Part shown: positions 1 through 9,905 of the stretch, one piece after another
How the letters are laid out: each line of letters begins with the position of its first letter
Numbering within the stretch: the stretch's first letter is position 1
From: Antedon mediterranea
Taxonomy: Eukaryota > Animalia > Echinodermata
DNA length: 64,000 nt
Assembly (NCBI RefSeq): GCF_964355755.1
Contig: NC_092670.1
Coordinates: 4,020,201-4,084,200, forward strand
Reading direction: 5' to 3'
Position numbers and translations under genes: made by a program
The notes under the pieces: model-generated
Databases searched by the model: none
What the model was told of the DNA's origin: nothing
The model's input: only the letters and a program-made list of their open reading frames with translations

Positions 1-496
1 GTACATTTGTGACAATTAAAAGTAAGTGTTTAAAGTAGTTAAAATACAGGTATATTTACATAAGATGCTTGAATTCAGTATTAACCATATTTGTTTTCAT
101 TTAAAATTTTAGATACGATGGTAATTAAAATGTAAAAATGAAGAATGGCAGTAAAATAAAAGATTAAAATTTTCTTGTTAAACTATCTTATTTGTGATCT
201 TATTTGTGTTCGAGTAGAGAGGCTATAAACTCAGGGGAGGAAAATGTAGTATCCTCCCTTTTCACCAAGATAAAAAGGATGAAATGAAAAAATAGGAATG
301 CAAAAGTTTGAAAGTTAGATGTATAGAATGATAGCATGCAATGATATATTTAATGAAAACCGTAAGGTTAGAGTCCATACACTGTGCAAGTCCAAGATGC
401 GATTTTGGCTCTGTGCGTATGTGAGACGCTTCATACCCTCAAAGATGTTAGTTGAAATTCCATATTATATAGAGGGAGCACTTTTTATACACAAGG

Positions 497-1020
497 CAGA
501 GCCATATATATTATATAAAGAGTTAGGACATTGTATTAAAGTCACGTGATATGCCGATCAATTTGTGTCAAACTTGTCTCCGTTAATGCAGAGTATAGGG
601 TATAGGAGCAACAAAATACAACTTTTTCTTATATTTAAAAAAATGTATTTGGACATTTTACGGTGAAATATCGACGTGCACAGAAGTACTTGCGACAAAT
701 GATAATAGCGCACGCGTGCGCTAGTACATTAAAAAGTTCAATTCAGATTTATTTTGGAACGAAACATCCCATAACTACGTCCTATTAATAACAATTATGT
801 AATATTTTCAATTCATAATGCATGTTTTGATGACTAAATAAAATAATAAAGTGTCGTGGATATATGTGTTAATATATTGAGAAGGGTATGAACAACATTA
901 CAATAATAAATGCAAATTATTACAAATGAAATGATGAACGAGTCTCTGAAATTTAATAACGTTGGTGGCGCAGTTTATGTCAAAAACACACAAAGAGCCA
1001 TATACTGTATAAAAGAGGTG
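497..1020 (+). mobile_element. Truncated CAGAGCC-TIR MITE, same family and orientation as 8330-9097
   Basis: Starts CAGAGCCATATATA..AAGAGTTA right after ACACAAGG (489-496); colinear with 8330-~8852; right end removed by a deletion. Confidence 0.85.
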
Positions 1021-1080
1021 TAAATATAATACAATGCAATAGAATAGTTCAATAGAAAATAAATAGTTTTATTAGTTTAC

Positions 1081-1617
1081 CAATGTTTTGTTGAACCCGA
1101 TTGCCATGACATTGCAATAAGTGCTCTGCTGCTGGACTATGTCTATGAAGGATTCAAATGATTAAAGCTGATAATGAAATGTAATAAAGAAAGTACAAAG
1201 CAATATGATGAAACATGGAAAGAATTCAATTTAAAAATTAACATTATCTCAACTACATACTTACATTACAACTGCAATGGTAATAAGACATTACCCCACT
1301 GCAATCGCAACTACCATATATAAATGTTATGCTAGAAAGTGGCAAGGAAATCAAATTCACATTGTTATCACACAGATAATTCTTCTCACAGCTACAATAG
1401 TCCAACTTGATTGCAATGGGAATTATTCAAATTAACAATAAGGACAATTCAAGATAGTGTATATTATATCTATTATAATAACAAATAGTAAACAGTGCTT
1501 GATAACATCAAGAATGGGCCATAAAAAAGTAAATAAAAACATACCATGTTTGCATCATGGTTGTAACTGATTATATTTTTTATAGGAATCTGGAATGAAA
1601 TAATATTTAATATCTAG
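1081..1617 (-). pseudogene. ECI1: ECI1 pseudogene copy W, middle exons (the rest lies left of the window)
   Basis: Exon ~1265-1320 reads ..IW*LRL..(fs)..CLITIAVV, donor gtaag (cf. ECI1 ELWLRLYxSxLVxxxAIN). Exon 1081-1144 reads RHSPA..ALIAMS..IGFNKT (cf. GHSPAGG..AMSCDYR..IGLNETxL), acceptor mutated to AT. Possible earlier exon 1545-1617. Paralogous to 9731-9799 and 13394-13900. Confidence 0.75.
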
Positions 1618-2199
1618 CTATGCAAAGAATAAACAAATGAATTATTTGTAAGTACGTACCAAAAAAATCACCAGTATTAACTCTAAAACTTTATGTTGGA
1701 ATTTTACTATTTATTCTCTATTTTGCATGAAGAATAGGTCTTAAATGTAGTATTGTATACAGTATATTTATTTATTGTTATTATTCAGTAATCACAACCT
1801 CAACAAGTTGATCGACTCAGTTCACTTTTTCTTGTTCAAACTTTCAAGATATTTTTCTAAGTGATAGTTGGATTGAATTTTTCTGGATAAAGTTTGTAAA
1901 GTATGCACGATCTTCTTCTTGTCTGCTTCGTAATTTATCAATTGTTTTCTTCCTCATCATGCTTATTTCTCTCGCATGGTCTAAAAAAAGATAATTAAGA
2001 ATTAAAGTACCTGTATGTTACATGTTCAAAAAGGCATTGGAGCATAAAATCTACATAATTAATATTCTAGTTCCTGCGCTGGCCTTTGTTATCTAAACAA
2101 TGAAAAGTACAATACTGCATCAAAACATTACATATCCTATAATAAAATAATATAATAATGCAATTGCTTTTATTGAATTTCAGTGTTGTGCATCGCTGA

Positions 2200-2492
2200 A
2201 CATAGTGTGACGTGGCAGTTGACATAGAAACAACTCAATAATGATCTGGTCACACAGCCACAAACAAGCAGGAAAACAGCTTTCATTATGGACACACATC
2301 ATTAACTTCTGAAAACACACAAACATCAAAAGTTCAAGGTATTTACTATAATTTATTAAATAAAATTCTCTAGTCTTTAAAATAGGATTTTTACCCATTT
2401 TTACATAAAGTTTTACTAGACTACAACTAACAAGCAGAGATCACATGACACGAAGTAGTAGATATTGGAAAAACCCATCTGGGCGTGTACAG
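2200..2492 (+). promoter_or_regulatory. Putative TRIM copy 1 promoter, non-coding exon 1 (donor GT at 2339) and intronic kappaB-like + GC/GT-box module
   Basis: Block conserved in all three units (~10235-10490, ~14930-15250): TGACGT-like site, GGAAAAC..TTTCATT Inr-like site, donor gtattt, then GGAAAAACCC (2467-2476) and GGGCGTG (2481-2487). Confidence 0.55.
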
Positions 2493-2574
2493 GAATAAGA
2501 TTTTATTTTTTAAATTTCAATAAAATGCAGACATGTCTATACATTAATTTCAGTGCAATATAATTTGTTCTTTA

Positions 2575-2935
2575 TTACCTCCGCCAAGTTTTCATCCGAA
2601 TCTGACCAAATTTGGCCACAATGATCTATATGCCCCAAAAGCTCGGACGAGGTCGATTTTGAGAGGAAAAGGTCATAGGTCAAGGTCACAACTAACAAAA
2701 AAATATTTCACTGCCTAGAGACCACAGTTTTTTTCCGATTCTCACCAAACTTAGCCACAATGATCAATGACTCATCATATAATTGTATTGACATTTTTAA
2801 GGGTTAGGGTCAAAGATCAAGGTCCACAAAAAAAAGAAATAAAAAAATAATAACAAATAAAAACCGTCAGCGGAATTGAACCAGCAATCTCAACTGCGAG
2901 AGGCTCGATACATAACCATTACACCAAACTCTCAT
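2575..2935. repeat. Interspersed repeat (ATTACCTCCGCCAAG..GGTCAAGGTCA type) plus minus-strand tRNA-derived head in the TRIM copy 1 intron
   Basis: Absent from the paralogous introns; internal duplication; 2864-2931 reverse complement has A-box TGGTGTAATGG and B-box GGTTCAATTCC. Confidence 0.55.
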
Positions 2936-3160
2936 CCACAACTTTGTAGTGTGCCTATTTACACTTTTTAAAAAATATACATATTTTCCAGGGACATTTT
3001 TTCAAGAAACAGTATACTCAATGATGGCCAACAATATTACAGAGCAAGTTACATTACTCTGTATATGTGATATAAATATATCAAATATTGTTTCACCATA
3101 GAGAGGAGGATTATAACTCTTATGGGGTGTTATTATCTTACAGGATCAACTTCTTTCAAA

Positions 3161-5269
3161 ATGGCTACAAGCAAATTAAATCAGTTTATTCAAGTTGTAG
3201 ATGAGGACTTAGTATGTGCCATTTGCCAGGAAAGGTTTCAGGATCCTAAAAGTCTCCCATGCCTACATAGCTTTTGTTTGTCATGTATAGAGAACTGGGT
3301 AAAAACAAACAACGGCAAACTAACATGTCCAATTTGTTGCAAATCATGTCCTATTCCAGATGGCGGGCTTAAGAAGCTTCCACCAAATACATTTCTAAAT
3401 AACATGTTAGAAAACATTGAACAATTTCAGAAGAAGGATAATATAAAGTGCATTTGTGGAACAACAGAACAGGCAATACACTACTGTAAAGAATGCAGAC
3501 ATTACTTGTGTTCCACATGTAGTAAGTATCACAAAATGTTGCCAATGTCAGCAACTCATACGCTACTTGCTGCAGAGGAAGTGCAATCAATGACGCCACA
3601 ACAACTTGCAGCATTAAATCCACCATTGTGTTCTTCTCACAACAAACCACTAGAGCTATACTGTACAAAATGTAAAGAACCAATATGCATGCAATGTGCC
3701 ATAATAACACATCCTGCAGTAGATCACAAACCAATTGAAATTGAGAAAGCATTTACATCTTTTAAAGAATCTGCACAACAATTGAAATCCGCAGCCCATC
3801 ATTACAAAGCTAAACTAGAAAATGGACTCAAGGACCTCACAGAGAATGCTGAAAAACTAAAAGAAAGTAAAGAAACAAGTATCAAAGATATTAAAAATCA
3901 AGTTCAAGAAACAATACAAATAATCCAGAAAAAAGGAGATGAAATGATAAAAAAAGTTGACATAATTTATGAAAATGAAAAGAAAATAAATGACATAGAA
4001 ATGGAGAAAATAAGGTCAATCACCTCTAAACTAAACACAAATGTGAGTTTCCTTAATCAGTCCCTACAGAGTGAACCAGCAACTGCTATGATGTCAAGTG
4101 AGACTGCATTGAATACACTGAAGGATCAGATGAACAATTCTAAAGAAATCAAACAAAATAACAATGGACAAATTAACTTCTTTGGAAACAAACATCAAAT
4201 TGATTTGTTAAACCAACATGATATTGGGATTGTAACTCAAATTAATGTAAAGGTACCGGAATATGTTATCGAAGGTGAAACACTTGTTGCAAAAATAAGA
4301 CAAAAACATCACGTTGGTCCTAATCAACTTACAGCAACATGGACACATTCAACAGGAGAAATCAACATTGATCTTGTTAAAGAAGATAATGAGTATGTTG
4401 TAAGAGGAGTATTTAGTACTACAGGATACTGTACATTAAATGTGTATTTCAATGGAAAAAAAATTAAACAATCACCATTTACTATCAATATAGAGAAGAA
4501 AGGACTGGTAAATGATTTTAAAGTTGACATGGTGCCTACAGGAGTAGTGAAGTGTGATGATGACTGCTTGCTGGTTTCATTTGACACAAATGAAATTTAC
4601 AAGTACAAACAATCAGAATGCATCAGCAAGATTACACTACCAGAAGGTGTGACAGTTTACAGAATGTACAAAATGAAGAATAATCACATAGCATTCAGTG
4701 ATGTAAACTGCATTCAAGTATGTGATATGAATGGCCATGTAATCAAATCAATTGGTAAAGGTGTACTGAAAGATCCACGTGGTTTTTACATAGATGAGGC
4801 AACAGATGTTATGTATGTAGCAGAATGGAACACTGAATGTGTGTTCATGTTTGACAACAATAGTGGTAAAGAACTTTTGCAGATAGGAGCAAAGAAAAAA
4901 GTAGAATATGGATACTATGATGTAACACTTACACAAACTGGGAAAGTGCTTGTAGCGGATTTGGAGAATGATCAAATTGTAATATATGATAATAAAAACA
5001 AGTCATTTAAAGTACTTATCAATAAAGGTGATGAAGATGGTATGGTGATGTGGCCAAAAGGAGTTGTAGTTGATGAGGATGATAACATCATTGTATCAAG
5101 TAAACACAAACTACAACTATTTAGCAGTGATGGAAATTTTATCAAAAGAATAGATCAGGAAAAAGATGGACTTATTAATCCACAGCAGTTATGTATCATT
5201 TCATATCACCCACGTAGAATTGCTGTAGCTAATTACACTGGCAGCAACACCAAAATATTTAATTATTAA
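3161..5269 (+). CDS. TRIM-NHL E3 ubiquitin ligase, copy 1 (RING, two B-boxes, coiled coil, filamin/Ig, NHL beta-propeller; TRIM2/3/56/71-like), single coding exon
   Basis: ORF 3122-5269; likely start MATSKL at 3161 after acceptor ttacag (3143). RING CAIC..CLHSFCLSC..CPIC; B-box1 CKEC..LC..C..H..H; B-box2 CSSH..YCTKC..C..C..H..H; filamin-like VYFNGKKIKQSPFTI; NHL repeats (PRGFYID, PKGVVVD). AATAAA downstream. Confidence 0.95.
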   Translation: MATSKLNQFIQVVDEDLVCAICQERFQDPKSLPCLHSFCLSCIENWVKTNNGKLTCPICCKSCPIPDGGLKKLPPNTFLNNMLENIEQFQKKDNIKCICGTTEQAIHYCKECRHYLCSTCSKYHKMLPMSATHTLLAAEEVQSMTPQQLAALNPPLCSSHNKPLELYCTKCKEPICMQCAIITHPAVDHKPIEIEKAFTSFKESAQQLKSAAHHYKAKLENGLKDLTENAEKLKESKETSIKDIKNQVQETIQIIQKKGDEMIKKVDIIYENEKKINDIEMEKIRSITSKLNTNVSFLNQSLQSEPATAMMSSETALNTLKDQMNNSKEIKQNNNGQINFFGNKHQIDLLNQHDIGIVTQINVKVPEYVIEGETLVAKIRQKHHVGPNQLTATWTHSTGEINIDLVKEDNEYVVRGVFSTTGYCTLNVYFNGKKIKQSPFTINIEKKGLVNDFKVDMVPTGVVKCDDDCLLVSFDTNEIYKYKQSECISKITLPEGVTVYRMYKMKNNHIAFSDVNCIQVCDMNGHVIKSIGKGVLKDPRGFYIDEATDVMYVAEWNTECVFMFDNNSGKELLQIGAKKKVEYGYYDVTLTQTGKVLVADLENDQIVIYDNKNKSFKVLINKGDEDGMVMWPKGVVVDEDDNIIVSSKHKLQLFSSDGNFIKRIDQEKDGLINPQQLCIISYHPRRIAVANYTGSNTKIFNY

Positions 5270-6836
5270 CGTTTTCCTCAAATAAATAACCGTTGTACAA
5301 AGTCAGTCATTGATTGAAAATAAAATATTAATACTTATAAAAGTAATAATAATAATAAATAAATAATTATACAAATAATAATTACAAAGTAAATTGAGTT
5401 AATTCAGTGATGAAATTATAGAGATATTATAGTGAAATATAATATGCTAACATTATATAAACTATTATTCATAATCATTGTAGTATTTTACCTTTAGGAT
5501 TTAGACATACAATGGTATTTACAATGAAAATATATTTAGAATTTAATTGAATTATTTAACTTCAAAGGTAATGACATACAGATGCCCAGCAATAATGAAT
5601 GGTATATGAGAACAAGTTGTTATTGCATTTTAGATCTTTAAGACTGTCTTTCTTTTTAAATGTAAAAACTTAATAACATTAGTTTCTAATTATTTTTATC
5701 ATCTGTGTATTTTGAGCCATTGTTCCATATGCACCTTAGCCACAGCCAACACCGCATTTCCTTCGGCTAATGTATCTACAAAATCTATTTTCAATTCTTC
5801 ATCCGATGAGTGTAACTTGCCTAGAGTAAACAATATTTAGTTTAAAAAATGTATCAATAACAATTTAAAAGAAAACAATTCTATTATATAATTTGGTGTA
5901 GGAAATACAGAAACATTTTAATATTTTTGGGCAGATTGATAGTGCTAAGACAGAGCTGTAACTGCGGCCTCACTGGCCACTTATTTGAGTTGAGATAATA
6001 CGCAAGAAAGAACACGGAAGGCTTGTATCATGCAACAATCGATATATTTTAACTAAGACCTCCAGTCTTATTCGTCGCCTGGTCTGGCATTTATGCAAAT
6101 CAACCCAGATACAACAATTACCTGATTACCTAATTGTTTCCTAGTTTACGCATACTGCCGTTAATACAAGAGCTTTAGATATTAACTAAACAAATCAGCT
6201 TCGGCTGGATGGACCACCGTCGTAAAATATTGTTGAAATAAAATTAAATAAAACTTTTAAATAAATGTGAAAAAAGCAAAGATGTTTTTTTTTGTCTTGT
6301 GTGAGTTCATCTCACGTTTATTTAAATTCTCATTTGTGAATATATTATATACATATAAGTACATTTGTGACAATTAAAAGTAAGTGTTTAAAGTAGTTAA
6401 TTTACATAATAAGATTAAGATGCTTGAATTCAGTATTAACCATATTTGTTTTCATTTAAAATTTTAGATACGATGGTAATTAAAATGTAAAGATGAAAAA
6501 TGGCAGTAAAATTCATGATTAAAATTTTCTTGTTAAACTATCTTATTTGTAGAGTAGAGAAACTATAAACTCAGGGGAGGAAAATGTAGTATCCTCCCTT
6601 TTCACCAAGATAAAAAGGATGAAATGAAAAAAGAGGAATGCAAAAGTTTTAAAGTTAGATATATAGAATGATAGCATGCAATGATATATTTAATGAAAAC
6701 CGTAAGGTTAGAGTCCATACACTGTGCAAGTCCAAGATGCGATTTTGGCTTTTTGCGTATGTGAGACGCTTCATACCCGCAAAGATGTTAGTTGAAATTC
6801 CATATTATATAGAGGGAGCACTTTTTATACACAAGG

Positions 6837-7661
6837 CAGAGCCATATATATAAAGAGTTACGACATTGAAAATTAGAAGCCATTTTTGTGTCAACGAATT
6901 CGCACACTGAGGGCGCGCGCGTCTCTTTTGTATAGCGTTTTCCTATAGTTCATGCACTATTTTTAGATTTTGTTGTCTATGAAATAACGCTTAGATTCCG
7001 TTTTTATTTTAGTAATTAATTTTATTAATGGTATTGATTTGTTAAAATAAATATATATTTTTTATAATAACAAAAAAATAAATGCTAGGGCCTACATGGA
7101 AGTTAGGATACATCAAAGAATGAACCAATACAAAAAACATACACATTCACCCCTCTTTTTATACAGTATATGGCTCTCTGTGTGTTTTTTACACAAACTG
7201 CGCCGCCAACGTTATTACCATTCAGAGACTCGTTCATCATTTCATTTGTAATAATTTGCCTTTATTATTTAAATATTGTTCATACCCTTTTCAGTATATT
7301 AACAAATATATCCACGACACTTTATTATTTTATTTAGTCATCAACGCATGCATTATGAATTGAAAATATTACATAATTGTTATTAATAGGACGTAGTTAT
7401 GGGATGTTTTGTTCCAAAATCAATCAATCGAACGTTATAATGTACTAGCGCACGCGCGCGCAAGTACTTCTGTACGCTGTGCACATCGATATTTCATCGT
7501 AAAATGTGCAATTACATTTTTTTTAATATAAGAAAAAATTGAAAGTATTTTGTTGCTCCTATACTTTACATGCATTAATATGCAGACAAGTTTGACACAT
7601 TTTGATCTGCATATCACGTGACTATAATCCAATGTCGTAACTCCTTATATATATGGCTCTG
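6837..7661 (-). mobile_element. Non-autonomous TIR element (MITE 1 of stack), hAT- or P-like, 8-bp TSD
   Basis: TIR CAGAGCCATATATATAAAGAGTTACGACATTG / CAATGTCGTAACTCCTTATATATATGGCTCTG; flanked by ACACAAGG at 6829-6836 and 7662-7669; reverse-complement relative of 8330-9097. Confidence 0.92.
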
Positions 7662-7669
7662 ACACAAGG

Positions 7670-8321
7670 CAGAGCCATATAGAGAGAGTTACGGCATTGA
7701 ATGGATTAGAAGCCGTGTTTGTGTCCAACTATTCCTATGTAGGGTATAGAGTTGAGTCTTTTGTTTTGAAAATATATAACGTTCAAAAGGCTTTAATTAT
7801 CGAATTTAATATCAAAACAATCAATTTGATTAAAGGTTTTTGTTAAAATAAAAAAAAATTATAAAGTTACTGCGAACATGATCCTTATGTATTTTCGTGT
7901 CCAGATCATGGGGAAAGTGTAAACATTTTTTTTATGAATATTTGAATCATACTGGTTATAAAAACCCATGTTGTCAAATTTCTAAAATTCATCTTTGACC
8001 TCTGACCTCAATTTGAATGTTTTGACCCATTGAAAACAAAATGATCATATCTTTGCAACGCTTAGATTAAATGAAATAATTTTAGTGTCAAATTATTTGG
8101 GAGATGCATGGCTGGAAGTATGATTTCTGGCATTGAAATTGATTGTTTTGATATTAAATTCGATATTTAAAGCCTTGTGAATGTTATACATTTTTTAATC
8201 AAATGACTCGACTCCATAACGCTACATAGGCATAGTTGGACACAAACATGGCCCGCGTGCACCACGTGACTTTCTAAAATCCGTGAACGCAAAGTCGTAA
8301 CTCTCTCTATATATGGCTCTG
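7670..8321. mobile_element. Non-autonomous TIR element (MITE 2 of stack): related TIRs, different interior
   Basis: CAGAGCCATATAGAGAGAGTTACG / CGTAACTCTCTCTATATATGGCTCTG; ACACAAGG on both sides; internal inverted arms ~7710-7830/8135-8252; core ~7915-8108 matches 23066-23246 in reverse complement. Confidence 0.92.
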
Positions 8322-8329
8322 ACACAAGG

Positions 8330-9097
8330 CAGAGCCATATATATATAAAGAGTTACGACATTGGATTAAAGTCACGTGATATGCAAATCAATTTTTGTCA
8401 AACTTGTCTCCGTTAATGCAGAGTATAGGGTATAGGAGCAACAAAATACAACTTTTTCTTATATTAAAAAAAAAACATTTTTTTGAACATTTTATGGTGA
8501 AATATCGACGTGCACAGAAGTACTTGCGGCAAAGAATAATAGCGCGCGCGTGCGCTAGTACATTATAAAGTTCGATTGATTGATTTTGGAACGAAACATC
8601 TCATAACTACGTCCTATTAATAACAATTATGTAATATTTTCAATTCATAATGCATGTTTTGATGACTAAATAAAATAATAAAGTGTCGTGGATATATGTG
8701 TTAATATATTGAGAAGGGTATGAACAACATTACAATAATAAAGGCAAATTATTACAAATGAAATGATGAACGAGTCTCTGAAATTTAATAACGTTGGCGG
8801 CGCAGTTTATGTCAAAAACACACAGAGAGCCATATACTGCATAAAAAGAGGGGTGAATTTGTATGTTTTTTTGCTTTGATGTATCCTGACTTGCATGTAG
8901 GCCCGAGCATTTATTCTTTTAGTCATTATAATATAATGTTATAATATTATTTCATAGACAACAAAATCTAATAATAATGCATGAACTACAGGAAAACGCT
9001 ATACAAACTAAACGCGCGCGCACTCAGTGTACAAATTCTTTGACACAAAAATGGCTTCTAAATTTCAATTACGTAACTCTTTATATATATGGCTCTG
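8330..9097 (+). mobile_element. Non-autonomous TIR element (MITE 3 of stack)
   Basis: CAGAGCC..GGCTCTG termini; ACACAAGG at 8322-8329 and 9098-9105. Confidence 0.92.
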
Positions 9098-9905
9098 ACA
9101 CAAGGAAGTCTTTAAAATGAGACACTTTTGCTTAGTGTTCCAGAAAGTAGAGTATTAGAACTGTAACTGTTTAAGAATTGCTATGTATATCTATGAATAT
9201 GACTATTTGTCGTATGAATATTAATGAATATTGTATATGATATATATTATACATAATAAGAACAGGCACTTGAATATATTCCATTTGTTGAGGGCTAAGT
9301 ATTTGAGCAAAGCGAAAACTTGAACACATAACTGTCATTCAACAAGTATTGTTCTTAAGACGACTTAAAAATACTATGCCATTGTTTTGTAAATAGAACA
9401 ACACTAACCTAACTGTAAAGAAATTTCCATCTGTCTGTGTCCAATCATGGTCATTACATCCATAAACCAGAATGGTGCAGCAATACCCTGCAAGACAAAT
9501 GCATATTATTTATAAAACATTGGTGGCTTATAACAAATTCAAATATGGTCCCAGAAAGTGACGCTTTTTCCGCAAGACAAAAATACAACAAGATGTGCTT
9601 TACAAACAGCTCAGGTCATGATATTGTCAACGCTACAGAACTCCACAATGGCACATTGTAATAATATCATAGTGTGAATATAATACAATGCAATATAATA
9701 GTTCAATAGAAAATAAATGAATTAGTTTACCATTGTAATGTTTTGTTGAATCCAATTGCCATGACATTGCAATAAGTGCTCTGCTGCTGGACTATGTCTC
9801 TGAAAGATTCAAACGATTAAACTGATAATGGAATGTAATGTAATTAAAGAAAGTTCAAGACAATGTGATGAAATATGGAAAGGCTTAGATTTTAAAATTA
9901 ACGTT

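Larger units (their letters stand above)
1822..9799 (-). pseudogene. ECI1: ECI1 pseudogene copy X (most complete; hosts TRIM copy 1 in its last intron)
   Basis: Exons on the minus strand in correct order: 9799-9731 (RHSPA..ALIAMS..AIGFNKTL, deleted/frameshifted); 9487-9409 (GIAAPFWFMDVMTMIGHRQMEISLQL, AG/GT intact); 5820-5703 (GKLHSSDEELKIDFVDTLAEGNAVLAVAKVHMEQWLKI, donor GT>AT); 1980-1822 (DHAREISMMRKKTIDKLRSRQEEDRAYFTNFIQKNSIQLS/fs/LEKYLESLNKKK*). These match, as recalled, the vertebrate ECI1 C-terminal half GIIAPFW..IGHR..LQLG..QWMAIPDHAR..MMRK. Confidence 0.9.

Noticed and set aside
319-549. ORFs 319-549 and 6668-6853, near-identical peptides
   Set aside because: Duplicated intron sequence running into a MITE TIR; similarity reflects the segmental duplication, and there is no recognisable domain.
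1081-1330. Alternative reading of minus-strand exons as a single-pass membrane protein (YMVVAIAVG..ITIAALII)
   Set aside because: Needs several stops; other frames match ECI1 motifs in the expected exon order.
6829-9105. CRISPR-like repeat-spacer appearance of the MITE stack
   Set aside because: The repeats are TIR-TSD-TIR junctions, the spacers are 650-825-bp transposons, the context is eukaryotic and there are no cas genes.
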